Shown here in pieces: positions 54,723 through 64,000 of a DNA stretch of 64,000 nt. The notes under the pieces were generated by a model that saw nothing but the letters and a program-made list of their open reading frames with translations, was not told the DNA's origin and did not search any database. The translations under genes were made by a program, and so were the position numbers. Source of the stretch: an uncultured Candidatus Saccharibacteria bacterium (GTDB lineage: Bacteria > Patescibacteriota > Minisyncoccia > Phycocordibacterales > CAIRYW01); NCBI GenBank assembly GCA_964446625.1, contig CAYUPH010000002.1, forward strand, positions 5,743 to 69,742, read 5' to 3'. The stretch's first letter is position 1. Each line of letters opens with the position of its first letter.

Positions 54723-57689
54723 CTACTGCAAAACTTTTCCATTTGAAAGGCGGACTTCTAGGAAGCAGCCAAGAGCATCATTGGCTGCTTTTGTTGTTGA
54801 CTCAAACCAGCGGCCCGTCGGAGTCTTTGCCCCCCAAGGCGAAAGAATCTTCTCACTGTATTTTGCTTGGAACCTTTTTACTGCATCCATAACTGCATTG
54901 TCGTACACATTCTCAGATTTCACTTCAGCAAAACTAAGCTTTTCTCCGGCAACAAAGTTCAAAAATTGTTTTATCTTAAATACACCTTCCCCTTTCGCTC
55001 CGAGATTTGCATAATCATTAGAAGTAAAAAATGGGCAGGCAAAGCTGTTTTTTGCAGTACATACGATTGTGTTAATTCTGTTTACTGTTGAGACATACAC
55101 TCGTCCAGTTGGTTTTGACAGTCCCCAAAAAGAAAGGACTGATGCTTCTTTACTTTGGAACCGTTTTACAGCCTCAAATGTTTGAGTGTCGTAAACTCCG
55201 GTCACAGAAAGTTTTTCTCCTTCGTATGTATTAAGAAAATTTTGCAGTTTTTCTACTTCAGTTTTTGAGTTTGTTTTTCCGTACTCAATATACTCGGTTA
55301 AATATGGCTCACAAGAGACTGGTGCGTAGTTTGGATTATTTGGATTGTCGGGATTGTTTGGAGCAGAAACCGGAAGTGCAGGAGTAGTAGGAGTATCTTT
55401 TTGCTTAGGTTTTGTACTGGTAGTTATTCCTCCGCCCCCGCCTCCCCCACCAGAAGATACTGTGTGCACGACAATGTTTGCACTGTCTCCTAGGTTATTC
55501 GGTGCAGAAGGAACAGAATATGAAGTACTTGTGTTATATAGACTATCCGCAACAGAAGCTGAAATAATAGACGAAACAGTGAGATCACTTGCAGAATCAG
55601 AAGAAGAAACTGTATAAGTTCCTGAAATCACATTTCCTGAAACAGACGAAAGTGTGACACTTCCTCCTGAGTTTAGAAGAAGTGTTAGTGTTGAGGTCGA
55701 TGTCACATTTTCATCAAAAGTTGCACGCACTGTGATTGTTTGACCTGAACTATATGTTCCGTCCGGTGAGGCTGTAGTAAACGAAACTAGAGCAGGAGCT
55801 GAAGAGTCTAGAACTCCGGTTGTAAAAGTATAATCAGTAGTTGTTGCAAGATTGTTTAGTAAATCAAAAGCGTACACACTAAAATGGTACAGTGTACTTC
55901 CAGAAAGTCCTGTGAGGTTTACAGTGTGCGTTGTTATACCTGAAGATGTAGAAACAGTGCCGTAAGAAGTTGTGGTTCCAAAATGCACTGAAGAAGATGC
56001 CGCTTCATCAGTAGTCCAAGAGATGGTTGCTGTTGTTGCAGTCGTTGAACTTGAGACGCTAGAAATAACTGGCGGGGTGGTATTTATAACAATATCATTT
56101 TCTGCACTAAGTGAATCATTGTCTACCGGATTAGGTAGAGCAGCAAGCGAACCTGTGCTAAAAGCGTTAAAGTTTATAGTAAATCCCGTCGTATCAAGTG
56201 CGGAAGAATCCTCATAATCAAGGTCGCTTGAAGAGTCCCCTGCCTGAACGGTGTAATTGAACACCCATGTACTTGTTGCCGTATCACAGTTAGAGCATGG
56301 CACTTCTGTTGTTCCGCTTCCTGTGTCGAGCGTAAGAGTCGGCACTTCTCCTGAGTTTGTATAGACAAGAAAGTCTGGATTTTCGTTAAAGTTTACATAA
56401 ATCGGAATCGTACTCCCTGTACCAAAAGTTCCATTTAAAGGTGAAGAGACACAAGGGTGCATTACTGCACCGCTCCAACCATTCCCTTCATTAATATTTG
56501 TGTGGCACCCCAAATCTTTTGTGGTAACGCCAACCATTGTTACTGCGGAAATCCCTTCATCAAGAGAAGAATTTTCTTCCATACTAAGTGAGTCTCCAAT
56601 GAGAACAGCTGAAGACACTGAACTACTATCATTAAATGTTATTGACCCCCCGACCACACTGATCGTGTGGTCTGTAAAACTAGAGGAGTCGTTAAAAATC
56701 GCATAGCTAGCAAGATTCAAACCCAAATCAACATTTGAACTATCAAATGCTTCGAGACTATTTACTGTTTTAGCGCCCGAACCGCTATAAACACTGTCGT
56801 AAATATATACGTGGTCATTTGAAGTTGGAAGACGGACAACTTGATCACTAAAAGATCGATCAACTCCTTTTGTGAGCCACCAGCTTGTAAGTGTATCCCA
56901 ATCACTACTAGTATTCCCTGCATAAAAATAAACATCACAATTGTCATACGAAATTGTTCCATCTACTGTTCCATTGTTTTGTGCTGTACATCCAAAAAAA
57001 GCGTTACCTGATGCATGTCCAGTATGCTCGCTGTAATCATAAAACGATACGCCACCTGAAAAATTTCCAGAGCTATTGCTTGCATTTGTAGAATGATCAC
57101 GAAAATCTGCTTGGGACACCCATGCAGATGCCAAGTTTGCAGAATTATCAAAAAAGTACGCGTTACCCCAATCTACTGTTCCTCCATTTTGGCTGTTATT
57201 CCTAAAGTATGTAGTAGACAGAACACTAGCGCCAACATTGTTTACTGATGAGTCGAGAAATTCCGCCACAAGGTTTATGGTAGTGTTGTTACTCGAAGTA
57301 TCGTAAAAGTGGATGTTTGGTGCAAAGTAGTCTTTATTGTTTATTGAACTACCCCGAAAATTAATACCAGTTGTAACAGTAAATGAAGCAGTTCCTGTAA
57401 TAGTTCCACTCATAACATTAAGTCCATGAACTGAGACAGAAGAAACCCTTGATGTGTCTACATCTGCATAAATATAGGCATCATCTGAGGCTCCAGGAGT
57501 ACCTCCCGCAGGAATAGTAAAACCTACATCAGAAAACCAGTTATTTGTGTTTCCCCAGTCACTGTCTACTGCGTCAGTAAAGTAATAATCTGCCGCGTTC
57601 GCAAAAGAAGGTGCAAAAAAGAGTGTGAAAATTATAAGTAATACGGTTTTTTTTGTGATATTTGAAACAACAAGATTCATCATTCTCAT
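54723..57689 (-). CDS. Large secreted Ser/Thr-rich surface protein (beta-solenoid, Ig/FN3-like, two PG-binding domains)
   Basis: Signal peptide, FxDxSxN repeats, ATISWTTDE..YG FN3-like domain, poly-Gly linker, EVEKLQNFL..TFEAVKRFQ repeats. Confidence 0.85.
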   Translation of the reverse strand: MRMMNLVVSNITKKTVLLIIFTLFFAPSFANAADYYFTDAVDSDWGNTNNWFSDVGFTIPAGGTPGASDDAYIYADVDTSRVSSVSVHGLNVMSGTITGTASFTVTTGINFRGSSINNKDYFAPNIHFYDTSSNNTTINLVAEFLDSSVNNVGASVLSTTYFRNNSQNGGTVDWGNAYFFDNSANLASAWVSQADFRDHSTNASNSSGNFSGGVSFYDYSEHTGHASGNAFFGCTAQNNGTVDGTISYDNCDVYFYAGNTSSDWDTLTSWWLTKGVDRSFSDQVVRLPTSNDHVYIYDSVYSGSGAKTVNSLEAFDSSNVDLGLNLASYAIFNDSSSFTDHTISVVGGSITFNDSSSVSSAVLIGDSLSMEENSSLDEGISAVTMVGVTTKDLGCHTNINEGNGWSGAVMHPCVSSPLNGTFGTGSTIPIYVNFNENPDFLVYTNSGEVPTLTLDTGSGTTEVPCSNCDTATSTWVFNYTVQAGDSSSDLDYEDSSALDTTGFTINFNAFSTGSLAALPNPVDNDSLSAENDIVINTTPPVISSVSSSTTATTATISWTTDEAASSSVHFGTTTSYGTVSTSSGITTHTVNLTGLSGSTLYHFSVYAFDLLNNLATTTDYTFTTGVLDSSAPALVSFTTASPDGTYSSGQTITVRATFDENVTSTSTLTLLLNSGGSVTLSSVSGNVISGTYTVSSSDSASDLTVSSIISASVADSLYNTSTSYSVPSAPNNLGDSANIVVHTVSSGGGGGGGGITTSTKPKQKDTPTTPALPVSAPNNPDNPNNPNYAPVSCEPYLTEYIEYGKTNSKTEVEKLQNFLNTYEGEKLSVTGVYDTQTFEAVKRFQSKEASVLSFWGLSKPTGRVYVSTVNRINTIVCTAKNSFACPFFTSNDYANLGAKGEGVFKIKQFLNFVAGEKLSFAEVKSENVYDNAVMDAVKRFQAKYSEKILSPWGAKTPTGRWFESTTKAANDALGCFLEVRLSNGKVLQ

Positions 57690-57708
57690 GTCTCAATTAT
57701 ATCAGTTT

Positions 57709-58362
57709 CTATTTATTCTGAAAAGCGAGTTTCTCTTTAAAAACAGCTTCTGATACATACCTGTCTTGCTTCTTTCCAAAGGTATTGCAAGTTGAAAGTG
57801 TCACCATGTTTACACCCTCTTTAAACTCAATAAGTTCCTTTGTAGCGTCCACTAGACGCGTATTTTGTACTACATACACATAGCGATAGTTTTCAGAGTC
57901 AACATAAACTTCGTCTCCTTCTTGGAGTTTTTTTACACCATTAAAAGCTTTATATACTTTGTTTGGGTAGTCATCTCCGGCGCTGTGACCAAAAAGAAGC
58001 ATGTTTCCTTCAGGAAGTTTGCCGGAAGTTGGATACCTTACAACACCCTCCTTGAGGTACGCATCAAGAACTGCTACGTCGGTCTTCTCAGGGTTTAATA
58101 CTTTATAGTCGATACCCGCGCTCGGTGCTGAAATATGAATTGGAAGCTCTGGTTTTTCCTTTGGAGTTTCAAAGGGAGTTGTAATAGTTTCAGGTGCTAA
58201 AGTTTTCCTTTCAAGGAACTCGAAAAAATTCTCTCCTTCCCGAAGTGAACTCGGAACAATCCCTGTAATATAAAGGAGACTAAAGCTTAGAGTAAAGATT
58301 GCGAAAAAGAGCCCAGTGAAGCGCAGAATTCGAAAAATCTCTTGTTTTTCCTTATTTTTCAT
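57709..58362 (-). CDS. Sortase
   Basis: N-terminal TM, LLFGHS (His), VTLSTC (Cys), downstream Arg. Confidence 0.88.
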   Translation of the reverse strand: MKNKEKQEIFRILRFTGLFFAIFTLSFSLLYITGIVPSSLREGENFFEFLERKTLAPETITTPFETPKEKPELPIHISAPSAGIDYKVLNPEKTDVAVLDAYLKEGVVRYPTSGKLPEGNMLLFGHSAGDDYPNKVYKAFNGVKKLQEGDEVYVDSENYRYVYVVQNTRLVDATKELIEFKEGVNMVTLSTCNTFGKKQDRYVSEAVFKEKLAFQNK

Positions 58363-58371
58363 TGAGTTTTA

Positions 58372-58438
58372 ATTATACAACGGTATAAAATATTAAGTCA
58401 ATAAATATATTGACATAAGGCTAAAAAAGGTATATAAT
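58372..58438. promoter_or_regulatory. Back-to-back divergent sigma70 promoters
   Basis: Plus strand TTGACA(58410)-17-TATAAT(58433); minus strand TTGACT-18-TATAAT toward the sortase. Confidence 0.7.
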
Positions 58439-58459
58439 GTGTAAATAACTAATAAACAT

Positions 58460-60016
58460 ATGCATACAGAAGAACATCGAACAGAAGAGCACCATATTGA
58501 AATCGTAGAAGGAGGAGTTCATGGCACTCACGATGTGAGCGACTCGCACGGGGCGGACGAATCTGAAAACGAGGGTTTCTCTTCAAAAATAATCAAATGG
58601 ATTGTAATAGCAGGTATTTTAATCGTGCTTCTTATTGCGAGTATTGCGATTGTAAAACTTGTTCCAAAGGCAATTTCTAAAATTTCTGGTGCAGCAGTCT
58701 TTCTTGGACAAGGAGGAAGCAACCTCGCTGTTGGAACAAACAAATCTTCAGTTCGAAGTGAAGATTCTTTTTCTGTTACTTGGAAAGGAAAAGAATACGA
58801 AAACGAAGTTTATCGAAGCGTTAGCTTTAAATGTGTCTCTGGTATAACAGTTGAATACAAATCAACAAACGGCATGAAGCCTGTTATTTGTGATACTGTC
58901 TTCCCTCTTCCAAACACTCCAGAAGGGTCTTTTCCTTTTGTGGTTACTTCTCTTCTTTCAGAAAAAGAAGAACTTCCTTTCGTAATCTCTGTTACAGACA
59001 AACTTGAAAACAAAGTTATTGTAAGTAATGCGAGTTCAGTAGATGTATTTCCAAAAGGTAGCGGTAATGACTCTGCACCTGGTGACTACACACCCGATTA
59101 CTCTAACCCAAATCCAAGCACAGGAACCGCAACATCAACAAACTCAGGCGCTGGTTCAAAAGATACAACCAAAACTCCACCTAAAACTACAACTGGTGGA
59201 ACAGGATGGGGTGGAAACACTTCTTCTTCTGGAGGATATGGAACATCATACACTGGCGCTGAAACAGGAAACCCTGATCTAAGGCTTGTCCTTACAAATG
59301 TATATGTCACTGACAGACAGACAGGAAACAATAAATCTACTTCTAATATTTACAGTGGAGATAGAATAACAGCACGGTTCCAAGTAACAAACATTGGAAC
59401 GCGCTCTTCTGGACTTTGGGTACTTAACGCACAAATTCCTTCTTCAAACGCAGCCGACAGATCTTACACTTCTGGGTACCAGCCATCACTTACACCAGGA
59501 AGTGTTTACGAAATGGTAATTGGTTTCGATTCATACGACGGAAACGGTGACCTTGTACTCACCGCATCAAACAATAATGATGCAAATCCTTCTAACAATC
59601 AGCTTGTGGTACCACTCGACGGAAATGGTAGCTCTTCTGGAAACAATGGACGAGCTGACCTTACTGTCCGAATTACGGGAGTTGGAATTTCCAATGGAAA
59701 CGGGAGCATATACTACACAAACAATTTTGACGAAAGCGATGAAATCGCAGTTCGTTTTGAAATCGAAAACATTGGTGGAACTCAAAGCGGACGATTTTCT
59801 TTTGAGGCTGAGCTTCCTTCACGAGATGATGATACCTATTCATCTCCAAACTATTCATCGCTCGCTCCTGGAGAAAAACGAGAATTTGTTCTCGTGGTAG
59901 AAAATCCAGACTCTGGTTCTAGTCGAATTCGAATAAAGGTAGATCCTGATGGTGATATTCGAGAATCAAACGAAAACAACAACACAGACTCAGAAACAAT
60001 CGATATTGATAACTAA
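58460..60016 (+). CDS. Membrane-anchored protein with two CARDB-like Ig domains
   Basis: One TM; PDLRL..VTNIGT..SNN and ADLTV..IENIGG..VDPDGDIRESNENNN. Confidence 0.85.
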   Translation: MHTEEHRTEEHHIEIVEGGVHGTHDVSDSHGADESENEGFSSKIIKWIVIAGILIVLLIASIAIVKLVPKAISKISGAAVFLGQGGSNLAVGTNKSSVRSEDSFSVTWKGKEYENEVYRSVSFKCVSGITVEYKSTNGMKPVICDTVFPLPNTPEGSFPFVVTSLLSEKEELPFVISVTDKLENKVIVSNASSVDVFPKGSGNDSAPGDYTPDYSNPNPSTGTATSTNSGAGSKDTTKTPPKTTTGGTGWGGNTSSSGGYGTSYTGAETGNPDLRLVLTNVYVTDRQTGNNKSTSNIYSGDRITARFQVTNIGTRSSGLWVLNAQIPSSNAADRSYTSGYQPSLTPGSVYEMVIGFDSYDGNGDLVLTASNNNDANPSNNQLVVPLDGNGSSSGNNGRADLTVRITGVGISNGNGSIYYTNNFDESDEIAVRFEIENIGGTQSGRFSFEAELPSRDDDTYSSPNYSSLAPGEKREFVLVVENPDSGSSRIRIKVDPDGDIRESNENNNTDSETIDIDN

Positions 60017-60059
60017 AACAAAAAGCCCCGCGCGAAGCGCGGGGCTTTTTGTTTTAGTT
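60011..60059. terminator. Bidirectional terminator (23-bp perfect stem)
   Basis: AACTAAAACAAAAAGCCCCGCGC-GAA-GCGCGGGGCTTTTTGTTTTAGTT. Confidence 0.88.
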
Positions 60060-62107
60060 TAGATATCAAGGTTTGCAAGCTTTGCGTTCGATTGAATAAA
60101 ACTCTTTCGAGACGGCACATCGTTACCCATAAGAATATCAATGACTTTGTCCGCTGCTGCAGCATCTTCTACACTTACCTGCTTTAGGACTCTGTTTTTT
60201 CGTTCCATAGTAGTTTCTGCAAGCTCCTCTGCGTTCATTTCTCCAAGACCTTTGTATCGCTGAATTGTTACTTTTTTCTTTTTCTCTGGTGTGTCTTTTT
60301 CTTCTCCCTCTTCTTCACCTGCTTCAGTTTCACTCTCTTCTCCACCATCAGCAACAGAAAGTTTTCTCTCTTTTAGAAATATTTCCTTTTCTTCTTCAGA
60401 ATAGAAATAGTGAATTTCTTTTCCTAGTTTTAGTTTATATAGAGGAGGCTGAGCAACATAGATAAATCCACTTTCTATAAGGCTTCTAAAATGTCTGTAG
60501 AAAAGAGTAAGAAGAAGTGTTCGAATGTGCGCTCCGTCAACATCCGCATCAGTTGCAATAATAATTTTGTGGTAGCGTAGCTTTTCAATATTAAATATGT
60601 CTCCAATTCCAGTACCAAGCGCAATCACAAGGTTTGTGATTTGCTCTGATGAAAGCATTTTATCGAGACGAGCTCTTTCGATGTTTAGGATTTTACCTCG
60701 AAGTGGCAAGATGGCTTGTGTTCTTCGGTCTCGCCCTGTCTTTGCTGTACCTCCCGCTGAGTCTCCCTCCACAATAAAGAGTTCTGATTCGCTCGCATCT
60801 TTGCTCTGACAGTCTGCAAGTTTTCCTGGAAGCGTCATTCCTTCAAGTGCTCCTTTTCGAAGGATAGAATCTTTTGCAGCTTTTGCAGCTTTTCGAGCCT
60901 TCATTGCAAGCACAACTTTTCCAATTATTGCTTTCGCATCATCTGGATTTTCCTCAAGAAATTCTGAAAATGCTTCACCAAAAACTGACGCAACTGCTCC
61001 TTGCGCCTCCATACTTCCGAGCTTTGCTTTTGTTTGTCCTTCAAACTGAATCTCTCTGAGCTTTACAGATACAACGCAAGTAAGTCCTTCGAGAACATCG
61101 TCCCCCGTAAACGAATCCCCCTCGTCTTTTGCAGAACCATTCTTTTTTGCATAGGTGTTTAAAGTACGAGTAAGTGCAGTTTTAAAACCTGTAATATGCG
61201 TTCCTCCTTCTGGGTTGTAAATATTGTTTGCGAAACCTGTAATTCGCGCAGAGATGTCATCAACATACTGAAGAGCAATCTCTACATCTTCAACACCTTC
61301 TACCTTTTTCTGGACATAAAAAATATTTTTGTGTATTGGCTTTTGAAACTGGTTATTGAACCGAATAAGTGAAGCAAGTCCTCCTTCAAAATAAAAAGAA
61401 TACGAAGGCGCCTCTACTCCAAGCTCTTTAAAGTAGTGTACATCCTCCTGATTTTTAATAGGTGGAACTTCTCTCGCATCTATAACGCTAATTCGAAGAT
61501 CTTTTACAAGGTATGCCTGTTGTCGCATGTGCGACACAATTCGTTTAAAATCGTAATCTTGTTTTCCGAAAATAATTTCATCGGGTTCAAAAGTAACAAC
61601 AGTACCTGTCTGTTTTGCGCTTCCAAGTTTTTTTACTGCAGCTTTTCTTTTTCCTGTCGCATACTCCTGCATATAGTGACCTCCATCTCGAAAAACATCT
61701 ACTCGGCAGAGTGTAGAGAGTGCGTTTACCACAGAAGCTCCCACCCCGTGAAGACCTCCTGATACTTTGTATCCTTCACCCCCGAATTTTCCTCCGGCAT
61801 GAAGTGTTGTCATGATTGTCTCAAGAGCAGACACTTTTGTTTTTGAGTGAACATCAACAGGAATTCCTCGTCCGTTGTCTGCTACTCGAACCCTGTTGTT
61901 TGGAAGGAGAACTACTTCAATAGAATCAGCAAAGCCACCCATCGCTTCATCACGAGAGTTATCAAAAATTTCCCAGACGAGGTGGTGAAATCCGTCGGGA
62001 CCAGTTGTACCAATGTACATTCCTGGTCGCTTTCGAACTGGTTCAAGACCCTCGAGGACTGTAATCTGATCCGCTCCGTAATTACTGTTTTCTTTGCTTT
62101 TTGCCAT
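60059..62107 (-). CDS. gyrB: DNA gyrase subunit B
   Basis: LEGLEPVRKRPGMYIG, LHAGGKF, VEGDSAGG, PLRGKILN, TDADVDG, QRYKGLGEM; ATG at 62107. Confidence 0.97.
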   Translation of the reverse strand: MAKSKENSNYGADQITVLEGLEPVRKRPGMYIGTTGPDGFHHLVWEIFDNSRDEAMGGFADSIEVVLLPNNRVRVADNGRGIPVDVHSKTKVSALETIMTTLHAGGKFGGEGYKVSGGLHGVGASVVNALSTLCRVDVFRDGGHYMQEYATGKRKAAVKKLGSAKQTGTVVTFEPDEIIFGKQDYDFKRIVSHMRQQAYLVKDLRISVIDAREVPPIKNQEDVHYFKELGVEAPSYSFYFEGGLASLIRFNNQFQKPIHKNIFYVQKKVEGVEDVEIALQYVDDISARITGFANNIYNPEGGTHITGFKTALTRTLNTYAKKNGSAKDEGDSFTGDDVLEGLTCVVSVKLREIQFEGQTKAKLGSMEAQGAVASVFGEAFSEFLEENPDDAKAIIGKVVLAMKARKAAKAAKDSILRKGALEGMTLPGKLADCQSKDASESELFIVEGDSAGGTAKTGRDRRTQAILPLRGKILNIERARLDKMLSSEQITNLVIALGTGIGDIFNIEKLRYHKIIIATDADVDGAHIRTLLLTLFYRHFRSLIESGFIYVAQPPLYKLKLGKEIHYFYSEEEKEIFLKERKLSVADGGEESETEAGEEEGEEKDTPEKKKKVTIQRYKGLGEMNAEELAETTMERKNRVLKQVSVEDAAAADKVIDILMGNDVPSRKSFIQSNAKLANLDI

Positions 62108-62205
62108 AGGTTTTATTCTATCATTTTTTAGGTCTTTCAAACATTGACAAGAGGTTCTTTTGCTTATATTTTCATTAAAAACTTACCTCCTCAATAGGTA
62201 GTAAT

Positions 62206-64000
62206 TTATCTCACTTCGAGACCTTCTGCCTTTAGTGCATCGTACACCTCCTGCATTATTGGCTCAATTTCTGCCTCGGTAAGAGTCCTTTCAAACGATT
62301 GAAATACGAGCCTGTAGCCAAAAGACACTTTCTCTAATTCTCCTGTTTCTTTATTCTTCTTTTCAAATCTATCAAAAAGATCAAGTCTTTGAAGTAAGAT
62401 TCCTGCTTTCTGTCTCAAAATTTCTTCAGGGTTTAGTAGACTACCCGCAGGAACAAAGAAAGCAACATCTCTTGATATAAATGGGTAAACTGAAATCGGG
62501 CTCATTTTGACATTCTTTTTTTCATACGAGAGGAGTTCAACTTCATTTTCTAACTGCTCTGTAAAGGCATCGAAATCAATTTCAAATATTCCATCTTCAT
62601 TGTTTATTGTTCCGATTTGTTTATTTGAAAGCATAATAAGCCCCCCAGTGTCGTCTATCGTGCAAAGTGTTTGCGCTTTTGAACCAAAGAAAAGAACGAA
62701 CTCATCACGAATTGTTTTAATTTCTTCGTTAGGTGAATTTTGTTTTCCTGTTTTTTTTACTCCAATACCAGCAGCGAGTGTATTAAATTCCCTTCCATCA
62801 CGAAAGACTTTACCGATTTCAAAGATTTTTATTTTTGACAAACCAAGGAGGTCCGCGTTCAAAAGGTTCTCTGCAATTTTTGTTTTTATCGCAGATGTGA
62901 GGTTGGTGCGAAGAAAAGCTTTGTCTGATGCGAGAGGATTTTTAAGAGCAAACTCGCCCGCTTCACCGAGCGCATGTGTGAGCACTTCTGAAAAACCTCT
63001 TTCCATAAAAAAGTTTCGCGCTTTTGCCCCCAGGTTAAAAATTTTGTCGGACTCTACCTTAAAAGTAACCTCTGGAAGTTTCGCTTCTAGAGAATCGTAC
63101 CCGAGGAGGCGGCCGATTTCGTCTGTAAAATCTTCTGGAATACAAAGATCCTTTCTCTCTACTGGAACTGTTACCGTAAAAGTAGAATTTTCTTCTTTGA
63201 ACTGAAGACTCATTTTTTGTAGAATTGTTTTCACACTCTCTCCAGTTACATCTCTTCCTAATTTGTTTTGAAGAAAATCTAACGTAAACGAAACAGTACT
63301 TTGCTTTGATTCACCACCACCCACTTCTTTAAAGAAAGAAATTTCAGTAGTGGGGAGGACCTCCTTAAGAAGCTCAAAAAACCGAAGAGCTCCGCGCATA
63401 GCATATGCAACATCTATTTTATTTTCAAACCGCTTTGACGCATCGGTCTTAATTTGAACAAGGGTTGAAGTCTTGCGAACTGAAGAAGCGTCAAAATGTG
63501 CTGCTTCAAGCACTATTTCTCTGCATCCTGTCTTTACCTCTGCTTTCTTTCCCCCTTTTATTCCTGCAATTGCAAGAGGGGCAGTTTCATCTGCTATAAC
63601 AAGCTCACTTCCCTGGAAGGTAACTTCCCTTCCGTCGAGTGTTGTTATTTTTTCTCCCTCATTTGCAGTGCGGATAACTAATCCGCCTTCAATTTTTTCT
63701 TTATCAAAAACATGGAGAGGTTGCCCCATTTCAAGCATGACAAAGTTTGCTATGTCCACTAGAAAGTTAATACTCCTCTGCCCCAGCGCATCCAAAACTT
63801 TTTTTATTTTCTCTGGAGTCTCTACATCCTCGGGAATATTTTTAATACCGAGTGCTATATATTTGTCACAAAGAGAGCTCTGGAGTTTTACTGAGAAATC
63901 TCCTGTTTCAGAAAGTGTATTACTTGATACCACCCTGCGGAGTGAATTATCCTGAAGGAGAAGTGAAAGCTCGTAAGCAATTCCCATGTGAGAGAGCGCG
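62206..64000 (-). CDS. pheT: Phenylalanyl-tRNA synthetase beta subunit (5' end outside window)
   Basis: Frame open to the window edge (ALSHMGIAYEL); GQPLHVFD, TDASKRFE, RKDL..DEIGRLLGY, FDX-ACB domain RDVAF..RTLTE. Confidence 0.95.
   Translation of the reverse strand, partial: ALSHMGIAYELSLLLQDNSLRRVVSSNTLSETGDFSVKLQSSLCDKYIALGIKNIPEDVETPEKIKKVLDALGQRSINFLVDIANFVMLEMGQPLHVFDKEKIEGGLVIRTANEGEKITTLDGREVTFQGSELVIADETAPLAIAGIKGGKKAEVKTGCREIVLEAAHFDASSVRKTSTLVQIKTDASKRFENKIDVAYAMRGALRFFELLKEVLPTTEISFFKEVGGGESKQSTVSFTLDFLQNKLGRDVTGESVKTILQKMSLQFKEENSTFTVTVPVERKDLCIPEDFTDEIGRLLGYDSLEAKLPEVTFKVESDKIFNLGAKARNFFMERGFSEVLTHALGEAGEFALKNPLASDKAFLRTNLTSAIKTKIAENLLNADLLGLSKIKIFEIGKVFRDGREFNTLAAGIGVKKTGKQNSPNEEIKTIRDEFVLFFGSKAQTLCTIDDTGGLIMLSNKQIGTINNEDGIFEIDFDAFTEQLENEVELLSYEKKNVKMSPISVYPFISRDVAFFVPAGSLLNPEEILRQKAGILLQRLDLFDRFEKKNKETGELEKVSFGYRLVFQSFERTLTEAEIEPIMQEVYDALKAEGLEVR

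Noticed and set aside
60059-62107. gyrB without an adjacent gyrA; possible parE
   Set aside because: Split gyrA/gyrB loci are common and the sequence fits GyrB; not notable without the rest of the genome
62507-63955. Long plus-strand ORFs (232 and 160 aa) opposite pheT
   Set aside because: Antisense shadows of a conserved gene; Ser/Phe-rich, no motifs
1-64000. Alternative genetic code (TGA read-through) and tRNA/rRNA genes
   Set aside because: All core genes are full length under code 11 and TGA ends serS; no cloverleaf or T-loop consensus was seen in intergenic gaps, although no scan was run

Overview
Chromosomal segment of a small-genome bacterium using genetic code 11 (TGA = stop). Gene content (NusB-Nudix fusion, short SMC, sortase plus PG-binding surface proteins, many Nudix genes, almost no biosynthetic genes) points by inference to a Patescibacteria/CPR organism, probably Parcubacteria. 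Positions 1-21 kb are mostly accessory: a GC-rich serS end, four Nudix genes, CYTH, a TspO fusion, VanY-type peptidase, an RRM protein, dgkA, DedA-PAP2, peptidases, aquaporin, mscL and a MacAB-like exporter. Positions 21-64 kb are mostly core: typA, truB, hisS, a UvrD-nuclease, rpoB-rpoC-dnaG-rpoD, rpmF-nusB-rnc-smc-rpsP-khpA-trmD, rnhB, dnaE, thrS, gyrB and pheT. I found no tRNA, rRNA, CRISPR array, transposase or integrase. Most notable signals: (1) a REP/REPIN-like palindromic repeat family with an identical 28-nt core (5.5-7.3 kb); (2) about nine self-contained orphan mini-genes, each with its own terminator, several wedged between core genes; (3) pervasive TANNNT-N6/7-ATG leaderless starts; (4) candidate structured RNAs upstream of the RRM gene and between khpA and trmD; (5) altered core machines: hingeless SMC, HisRS without an anticodon domain, and RNA polymerase with a substituted trigger loop and rifampicin pocket. 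All assignments were made by eye from motifs; no database search was run.
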